Positions 1-14,182 of a stretch of 64,000 nucleotides of DNA are shown in pieces. The DNA comes from Escherichia coli (GTDB lineage: Bacteria > Pseudomonadota > Gammaproteobacteria > Enterobacterales > Enterobacteriaceae). Position 1 is the first letter of the stretch. Each line of letters starts with the position of its first letter. Location: NCBI RefSeq assembly GCF_044647545.1, contig NZ_CP172818.1; one strand, given 5' to 3'. The notes below the pieces were generated by a model, which was not told the DNA's origin, made no database searches, and saw only the letters and a list, made by a program, of their open reading frames with translations. Both the position numbers and the translations under genes were made by a program.

Positions 1-69
1 GACAACTTCGATAAATACACCGACACCCCAGCGGGTGCCGCGCTGGTAGCGGCTGGTCCTAAGCTGTAA
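1..69 (+). CDS. pck: phosphoenolpyruvate carboxykinase (ATP), 3' end only
   Basis: In-frame translation of 1-66 gives DNFDKYTDTPAGAALVAAGPKL then TAA; matches the Pck C-terminus from memory; pck lies upstream of envZ in E. coli. Confidence 0.8.
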   Translation, partial: DNFDKYTDTPAGAALVAAGPKL

Positions 70-88
70 TCAGCTGATATCTCATTGA

Positions 89-119
89 CCCCTTATCCAA
101 ACGGATAAGGGGTTTTTTT
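89..119 (+). terminator. rho-independent terminator downstream of pck
   Basis: Perfect inverted repeat ccccttatcc/ggataagggg with 4-nt loop, followed by a T7 run. Confidence 0.7.
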
Positions 120-300
120 ATCTAATTAGCTACCAATATGTACACGTACACTTATAATTATCAATAGACCGCAGGATGCATTATTTCACCTTTATTGAAC
201 TACAAAGATTTAGCAAACGCCGCCATTATTGCTACCTGATGATATTCCCTTTTCAGGAACTACTCATTCAAAATCCCACCGCCGACATTACGCAGCACAG

Positions 301-720
301 GCAGTTTTAAAAAAATTCCCCGGAACCCCCCGAAAGGGGAAAGGCACGGAAAATTTTAAAAAAACAAAAACCCAACAATTTCCTTTATTTAACCAAAAAA
401 AAAAAAAAAAAAATAAAAAAAAAAAAAAAAAAAAGGAAAAACTCCCCGGGAGCGCTTTTGAACCCCACAAAACCCCCCAGGCCGAAAAAACAAAAGGGGA
501 GAAAAAAAAAAAAAAAAAAAATTTTCCTCCTCTCCCCCCCGCAGGAAAAAAAAAGGGAAAGAAAAAAAAAGGAAGAAAAACCGCCCACACCGAGCCCCCC
601 CATTCAAAAAAAAGAAAAAAAAACGGCGGGAAACAGGCCGCCGGCAGTCCCCCCGGGGGGGCCCGGAAAAAAAAAAGAAAAAACCCCCCCCCCCCCCCCC
701 AGAGCCCCACAAAAAATTTG
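301..720. other. anomalous homopolymer-rich low-complexity block (non-coding; probable artefact or foreign insert)
   Basis: Runs of about 20 A, 16 C and 7 G; only K-rich (+) and F-rich (-) pseudo-ORFs; composition unlike flanking E. coli sequence. Confidence 0.75.
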
Positions 721-760
721 CAAGCGAATCCTTTCATTATCAATCAATTGAAAACAATCT

Positions 761-793
761 AAAAACGGGAGGCACCTTCACCTCCCGTTTTAT
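761..793. terminator. bidirectional hairpin terminator at the 3' end of envZ
   Basis: Inverted repeat gggaggc/gcctccc (stem gggaggcaccttcacctccc) flanked by an A-run on one side and a T-run on the other, immediately downstream of the envZ stop. Confidence 0.6.
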
Positions 794-2862
<2,069 letters not shown>

Positions 2863-3089
2863 TGTTTGTACTCCCAAAGGTTCGCAACAATTTGTAAGCG
2901 TGTATTCTTAAAAAAGCTCACGTTCGTCACCAGCTAAATCTGGTATGAATTTCAGCCTAAATTGTTACAAAGCATATTAAACAGCAGCTTAAGTATACAA
3001 TTTATTCGGCGAAACATTATTGATTCTGTTGATATGATCACGTTATACCCAATGTGCGCATTATCAAACAGACAAAGGGAATCAACGAG

Positions 3090-3566
3090 ATGAAAACGCC
3101 CCTGGTTACCCGGGAAGGGTATGAAAAACTCAAACAAGAGCTTAATTATCTCTGGCGTGAAGAACGCCCGGAGGTCACAAAAAAGGTGACCTGGGCCGCA
3201 AGTCTGGGCGACCGCAGCGAAAATGCTGACTATCAGTATAATAAAAAGCGCCTGCGTGAAATCGACCGTCGCGTGCGCTATCTCACTAAATGCATGGAAA
3301 ATCTCAAAATCGTCGATTACTCCCCGCAGCAGGAAGGCAAAGTCTTTTTTGGCGCGTGGGTGGAGATTGAAAACGACGATGGCGTGACTCACCGTTTCCG
3401 TATTGTCGGCTACGATGAAATTTTTGGCCGTAAAGATTACATCTCTATCGATTCCCCGATGGCTCGCGCATTGCTGAAAAAAGAGGTGGGCGATTTGGCG
3501 GTGGTGAATACCCCTGCCGGGGAAGCGAGCTGGTATGTTAATGCTATCGAGTACGTGAAACCGTAA
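3090..3566 (+). CDS. greB: transcription elongation factor GreB
   Basis: MKTPLVTREGYEKLKQELNYLWREERPEVTKK...; track ORF starts 12 codons upstream, trimmed to MKTPLV; divergent from ompR as in E. coli. Confidence 0.93.
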   Translation: MKTPLVTREGYEKLKQELNYLWREERPEVTKKVTWAASLGDRSENADYQYNKKRLREIDRRVRYLTKCMENLKIVDYSPQQEGKVFFGAWVEIENDDGVTHRFRIVGYDEIFGRKDYISIDSPMARALLKKEVGDLAVVNTPAGEASWYVNAIEYVKP

Positions 3567-3662
3567 GGAAGAGTCTTAACCTCCTGCCGATGGCTGGCAT
3601 TTTTGCCAGCCAGTCCGTATAACTATCCCCTGATTTTTGATCCGAAAAGATGAACTCAAACC

Positions 3663-5984
3663 ATGATGAATGATTCGTTCTGCCGCATTATTGCGGGTGA
3701 AATTCAGGCGCGCCCGGAACAGGTTGACGCTGCCGTTCGCCTGCTTGACGAAGGGAATACCGTGCCGTTTATCGCACGTTATCGTAAGGAAATCACCGGC
3801 GGTCTGGATGACACGCAGCTGCGTAATCTGGAAACGCGTCTGAGCTATCTGCGCGAGCTGGAAGAGAGACGTCAGGCGATCCTCAAGTCCATTTCCGAGC
3901 AAGGCAAACTCACCGATGATCTGGCGAATGCCATCAACGCCACCCTAAGCAAAACCGAACTCGAAGACCTCTACCTGCCCTACAAACCTAAACGCCGCAC
4001 CCGTGGGCAAATCGCCATTGAAGCAGGGCTTGAGCCGTTGGCCGATCTGCTGTGGAGCGATCCGTCACACACGCCAGAAGTCGCCGCTGCACAATATATT
4101 GATGCCGATAAAGGCGTGGCAGATACCAAAGCCGCGCTGGACGGCGCGCGCTATATCCTGATGGAACGGTTTGCCGAAGATGCCGCGCTGCTGGCGAAAG
4201 TGCGTGATTATCTGTGGAAGAACGCGCATTTGGTCTCAACCGTGGTGAATGGTAAAGAAGAGGAAGGGGCGAAATTCCGCGACTATTTCAATCATCACGA
4301 ACCGCTGTCCACGGTGCCTTCTCACCGCGCGCTGGCGATGTTCCGTGGTCGTAACGAAGGCATACTTCAGCTTTCGCTGAATGCCGATCCGCAGTTCGAA
4401 GAGCCGCCAAAAGAGAGCTATTGCGAGCAAATCATCATGGATCACCTTGGCCTGCGCCTGAACAATGCCCCGGCGGATAGCTGGCGCAAAGGTGTGGTGA
4501 GCTGGACGTGGCGCATCAAGGTGTTGATGCATCTGGAAACTGAACTGATGGGCACCGTGCGCGAACGCGCGGAAGATGAAGCAATCAACGTCTTTGCCCG
4601 TAACCTGCACGATCTGCTGATGGCGGCCCCAGCCGGACTGCGTGCAACGATGGGCCTCGATCCGGGTCTGCGTACCGGGGTAAAAGTAGCGGTGGTCGAT
4701 GCAACTGGCAAACTGGTGGCGACCGATACCATTTATCCACATACCGGACAAGCCGCAAAAGCAGCGATGACCGTTGCTGCCCTGTGTGAAAAGCATAACG
4801 TTGAACTGGTGGCGATCGGCAACGGTACAGCTTCCCGCGAAACCGAGCGTTTCTATCTCGACGTGCAGAAGCAGTTCCCGAAAGTGACCGCGCAGAAAGT
4901 GATCGTCAGCGAAGCTGGCGCGTCGGTTTACTCGGCTTCCGAGCTGGCAGCACAGGAGTTCCCGGATCTCGACGTTTCGCTGCGTGGCGCGGTGTCTATC
5001 GCCCGCCGTTTGCAGGATCCGCTGGCGGAGCTGGTGAAAATCGATCCGAAATCTATCGGCGTAGGTCAGTATCAGCATGACGTCAGCCAGACGCAACTGG
5101 CCCGCAAACTGGACGCAGTAGTAGAAGACTGCGTAAACGCCGTTGGCGTCGATCTCAACACCGCTTCTGTTCCGCTGTTAACTCGCGTGGCGGGCCTGAC
5201 GCGCATGATGGCGCAAAACATCGTTGCCTGGCGCGATGAGAACGGTCAGTTCCAGAACCGTCAGCAACTGCTGAAAGTGAGCCGTCTGGGGCCGAAAGCC
5301 TTCGAGCAGTGCGCGGGCTTCTTGCGCATTAACCATGGTGATAACCCGCTGGACGCGTCTACCGTCCACCCGGAAGCCTATCCGGTGGTGGAACGCATTC
5401 TGGCAGCAACACAGCAGGCACTGAAAGATCTGATGGGTAACAGCAGCGAGTTGCGTAACCTGAAAGCGTCTGACTTTACTGATGAAAAATTCGGTGTACC
5501 GACGGTAACTGACATCATCAAAGAGCTGGAAAAACCGGGTCGCGATCCGCGTCCGGAATTTAAAACCGCTCAGTTTGCCGATGGCGTCGAAACGATGAAC
5601 GACCTGCAACCGGGTATGATCCTCGAAGGTGCGGTGACCAACGTCACCAACTTTGGCGCGTTTGTCGATATTGGCGTGCATCAGGACGGCCTGGTTCACA
5701 TCTCTTCATTGTCGAACAAGTTTGTGGAAGATCCGCATACCGTGGTGAAAGCGGGCGATATTGTGAAGGTGAAAGTGCTGGAAGTGGATCTTCAGCGCAA
5801 ACGTATCTCCCTGACTATGCGTCTGGACGAGCAGCCTGGCGAAACCAACGCTCGTCGCGGCGGCGGTAATGAACGTCCGCAGAACAACCGCCCGGCAGCC
5901 AAACCGCGTGGGCGTGAAGCGCAGCCTGCCGGTAATAGCGCGATGATGGATGCGCTGGCGGCGGCAATGGGCAAAAAACGTTAA
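3663..5984 (+). CDS. tex: Tex-like transcription accessory protein with C-terminal S1 domain
   Basis: 773-aa [46 protein letters not shown]...; YqgF/HhH region and C-terminal S1 domain; known as yhgF in E. coli. Confidence 0.93.
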   Translation: MMNDSFCRIIAGEIQARPEQVDAAVRLLDEGNTVPFIARYRKEITGGLDDTQLRNLETRLSYLRELEERRQAILKSISEQGKLTDDLANAINATLSKTELEDLYLPYKPKRRTRGQIAIEAGLEPLADLLWSDPSHTPEVAAAQYIDADKGVADTKAALDGARYILMERFAEDAALLAKVRDYLWKNAHLVSTVVNGKEEEGAKFRDYFNHHEPLSTVPSHRALAMFRGRNEGILQLSLNADPQFEEPPKESYCEQIIMDHLGLRLNNAPADSWRKGVVSWTWRIKVLMHLETELMGTVRERAEDEAINVFARNLHDLLMAAPAGLRATMGLDPGLRTGVKVAVVDATGKLVATDTIYPHTGQAAKAAMTVAALCEKHNVELVAIGNGTASRETERFYLDVQKQFPKVTAQKVIVSEAGASVYSASELAAQEFPDLDVSLRGAVSIARRLQDPLAELVKIDPKSIGVGQYQHDVSQTQLARKLDAVVEDCVNAVGVDLNTASVPLLTRVAGLTRMMAQNIVAWRDENGQFQNRQQLLKVSRLGPKAFEQCAGFLRINHGDNPLDASTVHPEAYPVVERILAATQQALKDLMGNSSELRNLKASDFTDEKFGVPTVTDIIKELEKPGRDPRPEFKTAQFADGVETMNDLQPGMILEGAVTNVTNFGAFVDIGVHQDGLVHISSLSNKFVEDPHTVVKAGDIVKVKVLEVDLQRKRISLTMRLDEQPGETNARRGGGNERPQNNRPAAKPRGREAQPAGNSAMMDALAAAMGKKR

Positions 5985-6063
5985 ACGCCCGGACTGGCCC
6001 CTAAACCTGCGCGATTAGGCGTTCACGCCACATCTGGCAACGAACGCCTTGCCTGACATAAAA

Positions 6064-6092
6064 GTGCCGGAGAATATCTCCGGCCTTTTTAT
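6064..6092 (+). terminator. rho-independent terminator downstream of tex
   Basis: Hairpin gccggagaatatctccggc followed by ctttttatt. Confidence 0.6.
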
Positions 6093-6290
6093 TCCACAAG
6101 CAAACTCATAATATATCCCGTTAATATTTATCACTTCATTAACAACTGAAACCTTAATTAAACATTAACCAGCCCTAATAATTCGTCATGCGAATTATAT
6201 TTTCGCTGCGATATAACCTTGAGCCATATCAACATTGAGTCAGATTATTATTCAAACCAACATTCACACACATTTTAAGTATTGCTGATA

Positions 6291-6314
6291 GAAACCATTC
6301 TCATTATCATTGTA
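6291..6314 (+). promoter_or_regulatory. putative Fur box in the feoABC promoter region
   Basis: gaaaccattctcattatcattg resembles the Fur consensus GATAATGATAATCATTATC; lies about 110 bp upstream of feoA in an AT-rich leader. Confidence 0.45.
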
Positions 6315-6421
6315 CTGTTGATTATTTAATCTCTCCTTCGTTGGCAAATCATCTGGTCTCATGTCGCTGTCAAACGCCCCATGAGGTAGTTATCCAGTTA
6401 ATGAGAAACAAGTAGGCACCT

Positions 6422-6649
6422 ATGCAATACACTCCAGATACTGCGTGGAAAATTACTGGCTTTTCCCGTGAAATCAGCCCGGCATATCGCCAAAAACTGC
6501 TTTCTCTTGGCATGTTACCTGGCTCCTCTTTTAATGTGGTGCGCGTCGCTCCACTCGGCGACCCCATTCATATCGAAACCCGTCGTGTGAGCCTGGTATT
6601 ACGCAAAAAAGATCTGGCCTTATTAGAAGTGGAAGCGGTTTCCTGTTAA
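6422..6649 (+). CDS. feoA: ferrous iron transport protein A
   Basis: 75-aa [40 protein letters not shown]...; directly upstream of feoB. Confidence 0.93.
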   Translation: MQYTPDTAWKITGFSREISPAYRQKLLSLGMLPGSSFNVVRVAPLGDPIHIETRRVSLVLRKKDLALLEVEAVSC

Positions 6650-6665
6650 TACGGTGATAACAACA

Positions 6666-8987
6666 ATGAAAAAATTAACCATTGGCTTAATTGGTAATCC
6701 AAATTCTGGCAAGACAACCTTATTTAACCAGCTCACTGGCGCACGTCAGCGTGTAGGTAACTGGGCTGGCGTTACCGTCGAACGTAAAGAAGGGCAATTC
6801 TCCACCACCGATCATCAGGTCACCCTGGTGGACCTGCCTGGCACCTATTCTCTGACCACCATCTCATCGCAGACCTCGCTCGATGAGCAAATCGCCTGTC
6901 ACTATATTCTGAGTGGCGACGCCGACCTGCTGATTAACGTGGTGGATGCGTCTAACCTTGAGCGTAACCTGTACCTGACGCTGCAACTGCTGGAACTCGG
7001 CATTCCCTGCATCGTGGCACTGAACATGCTCGACATTGCCGAGAAGCAAAATATTCGCATTGAAATTGATGCTCTGTCGGCGCGTCTTGGCTGCCCGGTG
7101 ATCCCGCTGGTTTCAACCCGTGGTCGCGGTATTGAAGCGCTCAAGCTGGCGATTGATCGCTATAAAGCTAACGAAAATGTGGAACTGGTGCATTACGCTC
7201 AGCCGCTGCTCAACGAAGCAGATTCACTGGCAAAAGTGATGCCTTCCGACATCCCGCTGAAACAACGTCGCTGGCTGGGCCTGCAAATGCTGGAAGGCGA
7301 TATCTACAGCCGCGCCTACGCCGGTGAAGCGTCGCAGCATCTGGATGCCGCCCTCGCCCGTCTGTGTAATGAGATGGACGATCCGGCGCTGCACATTGCC
7401 GATGCGCGTTACCAGTGCATTGCTGCCATCTGTGATGTGGTAAGCAACACCCTGACGGCAGAACCCAGCCGTTTCACCACTGCGGTAGATAAAATCGTGC
7501 TCAACCGTTTCCTCGGTCTGCCGATTTTCCTCTTTGTGATGTACCTGATGTTCTTGCTGGCTATCAACATCGGCGGGGCGTTACAGCCGCTGTTTGACGT
7601 CGGCTCCGTGGCGCTGTTTGTGCATGGTATTCAGTGGATTGGCTACACGCTCCACTTCCCGGACTGGCTGACTATCTTCCTCGCCCAGGGCCTGGGTGGC
7701 GGTATTAACACCGTGCTGCCACTGGTGCCGCAGATCGGCATGATGTACCTGTTCCTCTCCTTCCTCGAGGACTCCGGATATATGGCGCGTGCGGCGTTTG
7801 TGATGGACCGTCTGATGCAGGCGCTGGGCTTGCCGGGGAAATCCTTTGTACCGCTGATCGTTGGTTTCGGTTGTAACGTACCGTCGGTAATGGGCGCACG
7901 TACGCTTGATGCACCGCGTGAACGTCTGATGACCATCATGATGGCACCGTTTATGTCCTGCGGCGCGCGTCTGGCTATCTTCGCCGTATTCGCGGCTGCT
8001 TTCTTCGGGCAGAACGGTGCGCTGGCGGTCTTCTCGCTGTATATGCTGGGTATCGTGATGGCGGTGCTAACTGGCCTGATGCTCAAGTACACCATCATGC
8101 GCGGTGAAGCGACGCCGTTTGTCATGGAGCTGCCGGTCTACCATGTACCACACGTTAAAAGCCTGATTATCCAGACCTGGCAGCGTCTGAAAGGCTTCGT
8201 TCTGCGTGCTGGTAAAGTGATCATCATCGTCAGCATTTTCCTGAGCGCTTTCAACAGCTTCTCGCTGAGCGGGAAAATCGTCGATAACATCAACGACTCG
8301 GCGCTGGCGTCCGTCAGCCGGGTGATCACCCCGGTCTTCAAGCCAATTGGTGTGCATGAAGATAACTGGCAGGCAACGGTTGGCCTGTTTACAGGTGCCA
8401 TGGCGAAAGAAGTGGTAGTGGGTACGCTCAACACCCTCTACACCGCAGAAAATATTCAGGACGAAGAGTTCAATCCGGCAGAGTTTAACCTCGGTGAAGA
8501 GCTGTTCAGTGCGGTAGATGAAACCTGGCAGAGCCTGAAAGACACCTTCAGCCTTAGCGTACTGATGAACCCCATTGAAGCCAGCAAAGGCGACGGCGAA
8601 ATGGGTACCGGGGCGATGGGCGTGATGGATCAGAAATTCGGTAGCGCAGCAGCAGCTTACAGCTACCTGATTTTCGTCCTGCTGTATGTACCATGTATCT
8701 CGGTGATGGGAGCCATCGCCCGTGAATCAAGCCGTGGCTGGATGGGCTTCTCCATCCTGTGGGGGCTGAATATCGCTTACTCGCTGGCAACATTGTTCTA
8801 TCAGGTCGCCAGCTACAGTCAGCACCCAACTTACAGCCTGGTGTGCATTCTGGCGGTTATCCTGTTTAACATTGTGGTTATCGGTTTGCTGCGTCGCGCG
8901 CGTAGCCGGGTGGATATCGAACTGCTGGCAACCCGCAAGTCGGTAAGCAGTTGCTGCGCAGCCAGCACCACCGGTGATTGCCATTAA
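6666..8987 (+). CDS. feoB: ferrous iron transporter FeoB (GTPase plus permease)
   Basis: [25 protein letters not shown] (G1 motif GNPNSGKT), long polytopic C-terminal region; start trimmed to MKKLTIG (773 aa). Confidence 0.95.
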   Translation: MKKLTIGLIGNPNSGKTTLFNQLTGARQRVGNWAGVTVERKEGQFSTTDHQVTLVDLPGTYSLTTISSQTSLDEQIACHYILSGDADLLINVVDASNLERNLYLTLQLLELGIPCIVALNMLDIAEKQNIRIEIDALSARLGCPVIPLVSTRGRGIEALKLAIDRYKANENVELVHYAQPLLNEADSLAKVMPSDIPLKQRRWLGLQMLEGDIYSRAYAGEASQHLDAALARLCNEMDDPALHIADARYQCIAAICDVVSNTLTAEPSRFTTAVDKIVLNRFLGLPIFLFVMYLMFLLAINIGGALQPLFDVGSVALFVHGIQWIGYTLHFPDWLTIFLAQGLGGGINTVLPLVPQIGMMYLFLSFLEDSGYMARAAFVMDRLMQALGLPGKSFVPLIVGFGCNVPSVMGARTLDAPRERLMTIMMAPFMSCGARLAIFAVFAAAFFGQNGALAVFSLYMLGIVMAVLTGLMLKYTIMRGEATPFVMELPVYHVPHVKSLIIQTWQRLKGFVLRAGKVIIIVSIFLSAFNSFSLSGKIVDNINDSALASVSRVITPVFKPIGVHEDNWQATVGLFTGAMAKEVVVGTLNTLYTAENIQDEEFNPAEFNLGEELFSAVDETWQSLKDTFSLSVLMNPIEASKGDGEMGTGAMGVMDQKFGSAAAAYSYLIFVLLYVPCISVMGAIARESSRGWMGFSILWGLNIAYSLATLFYQVASYSQHPTYSLVCILAVILFNIVVIGLLRRARSRVDIELLATRKSVSSCCAASTTGDCH

Positions 8988-9223
8988 TGGCTTCACTTAT
9001 TCAGGTGCGTGATTTGCTGGCGTTACGGGGCCGTATGGAAGCGGCCCAGATAAGCCAGACATTGAACACTCCGCAGCCAATGATTAACGCCATGCTGCAA
9101 CAGCTGGAAAGCATGGGCAAAGCCGTGCGGATTCAGGAAGAACCTGACGGCTGCCTCTCTGGCAGTTGTAAAAGCTGCCCGGAAGGCAAAGCCTGTCTGC
9201 GCGAGTGGTGGGCGCTGCGTTAA
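8987..9223 (+). CDS. feoC: FeoC, small winged-helix protein of the feo operon
   Basis: [50 protein letters not shown]... with the cysteine-rich segment [15 protein letters not shown]; ATG overlaps the feoB stop (TAATG). Confidence 0.9.
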   Translation: MASLIQVRDLLALRGRMEAAQISQTLNTPQPMINAMLQQLESMGKAVRIQEEPDGCLSGSCKSCPEGKACLREWWALR

Positions 9224-9248
9224 CCATACTCCATCGCCTGTTTTGAAA

Positions 9249-9280
9249 AGCCCGGTATGCGTTTGCATCCGGGCTTTTTT
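9249..9280 (+). terminator. rho-independent terminator of feoABC
   Basis: Hairpin gcccggtatgc/gcatccgggc followed by a T6 run. Confidence 0.65.
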
Positions 9281-9425
9281 GCGTGCGGCTTTCCATAAAA
9301 ATGCAATTCTTGCAGCGCGACGTAAGTTCCTCTGAAAGCGTCTCGCAGGGATGAAAACTGGCTAATGCACAGGTGTGGAGTGGCGCGTAGAGTCGCGGCA
9401 TTCAAACAACAGGTGAAGGAACGCC

Positions 9426-10304
9426 ATGAGCAAAAAGCAGAGTTCCACCCCACACGATGCGCTGTTCAAACTCTTTTTACGCCAACCGGAGACGGCACGC
9501 GATTTTCTTGCGTTTCATTTACCGGCACCCATTCACGCGCTCTGTGATATGAAAACCCTCAAGCTGGAGTCGAGCAGCTTTATTGATGACGATCTGCGTG
9601 AAAGCTATTCCGATGTGCTGTGGTCGGTGAAAACGGAACAAGGACCAGGATACATCTATTGTCTGATTGAACATCAAAGCACCTCAAACAAACTGATCGC
9701 ATTTCGCATGATGCGTTACGCTATTGCCGCAATGCAAAATCACCTGGATGCCGGATACAAAACCTTGCCGATGGTGGTGCCATTGTTGTTTTACCACGGT
9801 ATTGAAAGCCCCTATCCCTATTCGCTGTGTTGGCTGGATTGTTTCGCCGATCCCAACCTGGCAAGGCAGCTTTATGCCTCCGCATTTCCGCTGATTGATG
9901 TCACCGTCATGCCTGATGATGAAATCATGCAGCACCGACGTATGGCGCTGCTGGAGTTAATTCAAAAACATATTCGTCAACGCGATCTGATGGGACTGGT
10001 AGAGCAAATGGCCTGCTTATTAAGTAGTGGATACGCTAATGACAGACAAATCAAAGGGCTGTTTAATTACATACTGCAAACTGGCGATGCGGTACGTTTT
10101 AACGATTTTATCGACGGTGTGGCCGAACGTTCACCGAAACACAAGGAGAGCTTAATGACTATTGCGGAAAGATTGCGGCAAGAGGGGGAACAATCCAAAG
10201 CCTTGCATATAGCAAAAATAATGCTTGAATCCGGAGTCCCTCTTGCGGACATCATGCGTTTTACCGGGGTGTCAGAAGAAGAGTTGGCTGCGGCGAGTCA
10301 GTAA
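9426..10304 (+). CDS. rpnA: Rpn-family recombination-promoting nuclease (transposase-like)
   Basis: 292-aa [36 protein letters not shown]...; matches E. coli YhgA/RpnA from memory; no flanking inverted repeats seen. Confidence 0.88.
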   Translation: MSKKQSSTPHDALFKLFLRQPETARDFLAFHLPAPIHALCDMKTLKLESSSFIDDDLRESYSDVLWSVKTEQGPGYIYCLIEHQSTSNKLIAFRMMRYAIAAMQNHLDAGYKTLPMVVPLLFYHGIESPYPYSLCWLDCFADPNLARQLYASAFPLIDVTVMPDDEIMQHRRMALLELIQKHIRQRDLMGLVEQMACLLSSGYANDRQIKGLFNYILQTGDAVRFNDFIDGVAERSPKHKESLMTIAERLRQEGEQSKALHIAKIMLESGVPLADIMRFTGVSEEELAAASQ

Positions 10305-10332
10305 AGTTCTGTCTCGCCATTTCAAAAGCCAC

Positions 10333-11106
<774 letters not shown>

Positions 11107-11107
11107 T

Positions 11108-11824
<717 letters not shown>

Positions 11825-11882
11825 AGCCTCGATGATGGGCGTATTATAACCAACTAAAATAGTCAACTATTAGGCCATTACT

Positions 11883-12458
11883 ATGATCCGTATTTCCGAT
11901 GCTGCACAAGCGCACTTTGCCAAACTGCTGGCAAATCAGGAAGAAGGGACACAAATCCGCGTATTTGTGATTAACCCTGGCACGCCTAACGCTGAATGTG
12001 GCGTTTCTTATTGTCCGCCGGATGCTGTGGAAGCCACCGACACTGCCCTGAAATTTGACCTGCTGACCGCGTATGTTGATGAGTTAAGCGCTCCTTACCT
12101 GGAAGATGCAGAGATCGATTTTGTTACCGACCAGTTGGGTTCTCAGCTAACACTGAAAGCACCTAACGCAAAAATGCGTAAAGTGGCAGACGATGCACCG
12201 CTGATGGAGCGCGTGGAGTATATGCTACAGTCGCAGATCAACCCACAGCTTGCTGGTCACGGTGGTCGCGTGTCGCTGATGGAAATCACCGAAGACGGTT
12301 ACGCCATTCTGCAATTTGGCGGCGGCTGTAACGGTTGTTCCATGGTCGATGTGACGCTGAAAGAAGGGATCGAGAAGCAGCTGCTAAACGAATTCCCGGA
12401 GCTGAAAGGCGTGCGCGATCTCACCGAACACCAGCGCGGCGAACACTCCTACTACTAA
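11883..12458 (+). CDS. nfuA: Fe-S cluster carrier NfuA
   Basis: 191-aa [50 protein letters not shown]..., C-terminal Nfu domain with CNGC motif. Confidence 0.93.
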
Positions 12459-12514
<56 letters not shown>

Positions 12515-12642
12515 ACGTTGAACATGTGCCAGACGTTGGCGCTGCATTGCTTTGGCAAATCCCTCCCTTCGTTTCCCCGCGATAATATGACCAACCTCTC
12601 ATAATTTAAATTTACCCCGCTCTGGTGATTCTCAAACGCCAG

Positions 12643-12658
12643 ATGTTACCCGTATCAT
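12643..12658 (+). promoter_or_regulatory. putative GntR operator (distal) upstream of gntT
   Basis: atgttacccgtatcat resembles the GntR operator half-sites ATGTTA...TAACAT. Confidence 0.4.
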
Positions 12659-12783
12659 TCACATGGGTACCAAACATACTCCTGACATCTGACTACAATA
12701 ATTAGTTTTAGTGGGTATCAGTCGTGGTGCCGCAATATCTCTGTTCCCGATTGGGATAATTAGAGTTTGTCGTCAGAAAATTG

Positions 12784-12798
12784 ACGTTACCCATAACA
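12784..12798 (+). promoter_or_regulatory. putative GntR operator (proximal) upstream of gntT
   Basis: acgttacccataaca, same core as the distal site, about 20 bp upstream of the gntT start. Confidence 0.35.
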
Positions 12799-12818
12799 AA
12801 TGAAAGGCCAGGTAAATC

Positions 12819-14135
12819 ATGCCATTAGTCATTGTTGCTATCGGTGTAATCTTGTTGTTGCTCCTGATGATCCGCTTCAAAATGAACGGCTTCATCGCTC
12901 TCGTCCTCGTGGCGCTTGCTGTTGGATTAATGCAAGGGATGCCGCTGGATAAAGTTATTGGCTCCATCAAAGCCGGTGTCGGCGGAACGCTCGGTAGCCT
13001 TGCCCTGATCATGGGTTTTGGCGCAATGCTGGGCAAAATGCTGGCAGACTGCGGTGGCGCACAACGTATCGCCACCACGCTGATTGCTAAATTTGGTAAA
13101 AAACACATCCAGTGGGCGGTGGTACTGACCGGTTTTACCGTTGGTTTTGCCCTGTTCTATGAAGTGGGTTTCGTGCTGATGCTGCCGCTGGTGTTTACCA
13201 TCGCGGCTTCCGCGAATATTCCACTGCTGTATGTTGGTGTACCAATGGCGGCTGCACTGTCTGTGACCCACGGCTTCCTGCCACCGCATCCGGGTCCGAC
13301 TGCGATTGCCACCATTTTCAATGCCGATATGGGTAAAACTCTGCTGTATGGGACTATTCTGGCAATTCCGACCGTGATTCTCGCCGGTCCGGTTTACGCT
13401 CGCGTGTTGAAAGGTATCGATAAGCCGATCCCGGAAGGTCTGTACAGCGCGAAAACCTTCAGCGAAGAAGAGATGCCGAGCTTTGGCGTCAGCGTCTGGA
13501 CCTCTCTGGTGCCGGTAGTGCTGATGGCGATGCGTGCGATTGCCGAAATGATCCTGCCGAAAGGTCACGCTTTCCTGCCGGTAGCGGAGTTCCTCGGTGA
13601 CCCGGTAATGGCTACGCTGATTGCCGTACTGATTGCGATGTTCACCTTTGGTCTGAACCGTGGTCGTTCAATGGATCAAATTAACGACACGCTGGTTTCT
13701 TCCATCAAAATCATTGCGATGATGCTGTTGATTATCGGTGGTGGCGGTGCGTTCAAGCAGGTGCTGGTAGACAGCGGCGTGGATAAATACATTGCTTCCA
13801 TGATGCACGAAACCAACATTTCTCCGCTGCTGATGGCCTGGTCGATTGCTGCCGTACTGCGTATCGCGCTGGGTTCCGCAACCGTTGCGGCAATCACTGC
13901 GGGTGGTATCGCGGCACCGCTGATTGCAACGACGGGTGTTAGCCCGGAGCTGATGGTTATTGCGGTTGGTTCCGGTAGTGTGATTTTCTCTCACGTGAAC
14001 GATCCGGGCTTCTGGTTGTTCAAAGAGTACTTTAACCTGACTATCGGCGAGACCATCAAATCCTGGTCGATGCTGGAAACCATTATCTCGGTGTGCGGTC
14101 TGGTAGGCTGTCTGCTGCTGAATATGGTGATTTGA
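12819..14135 (+). CDS. gntT: high-affinity gluconate:H+ symporter
   Basis: 438-aa polytopic ORF MPLVIVAIGVILLLLLMIRFKMNGFIALVLVALAVGLMQGMPLDKV...; GntP-family signature; paralogous to gntU in this window. Confidence 0.93.
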   Translation: MPLVIVAIGVILLLLLMIRFKMNGFIALVLVALAVGLMQGMPLDKVIGSIKAGVGGTLGSLALIMGFGAMLGKMLADCGGAQRIATTLIAKFGKKHIQWAVVLTGFTVGFALFYEVGFVLMLPLVFTIAASANIPLLYVGVPMAAALSVTHGFLPPHPGPTAIATIFNADMGKTLLYGTILAIPTVILAGPVYARVLKGIDKPIPEGLYSAKTFSEEEMPSFGVSVWTSLVPVVLMAMRAIAEMILPKGHAFLPVAEFLGDPVMATLIAVLIAMFTFGLNRGRSMDQINDTLVSSIKIIAMMLLIIGGGGAFKQVLVDSGVDKYIASMMHETNISPLLMAWSIAAVLRIALGSATVAAITAGGIAAPLIATTGVSPELMVIAVGSGSVIFSHVNDPGFWLFKEYFNLTIGETIKSWSMLETIISVCGLVGCLLLNMVI

Positions 14136-14146
14136 TAACACTGACT

Positions 14147-14167
14147 GCCGGATGCATCGCATCCGGC
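14147..14167. repeat. REP-like palindrome between the gntT and malQ 3' ends
   Basis: gccggatgc atcg gcatccggc perfect inverted repeat at a convergent junction. Confidence 0.5.
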
Positions 14168-14182
14168 ATCAACCGCACCCTA

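Noticed and set aside
120-300. Normal-complexity 180 bp at the start of the pck-envZ insert as a possible small gene or sRNA
   Set aside because: No ORF longer than a few codons with RBS context, no terminator-like 3' end, and I do not recognise it as any known element. Treated as part of the anomalous insert.
229-762. Track ORFs 229-762 (+, 177 aa, Lys-rich), 458-751 (+), 288-743 (-), 385-603 (-) and 389-712 (-, Phe/Gly-rich) as candidate novel proteins
   Set aside because: They are translations of poly-A/poly-T/poly-C/poly-G runs (AAA=K, TTT=F, GGG=G, CCC=P). There is no RBS context, and mutually overlapping frames on both strands are incompatible with real genes.
3567-3662. Hairpin ggctggc attttt gccagcc after greB as a terminator
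   Set aside because: The stem is clear, but the loop rather than the 3' flank carries the T-run. Too ambiguous to call.
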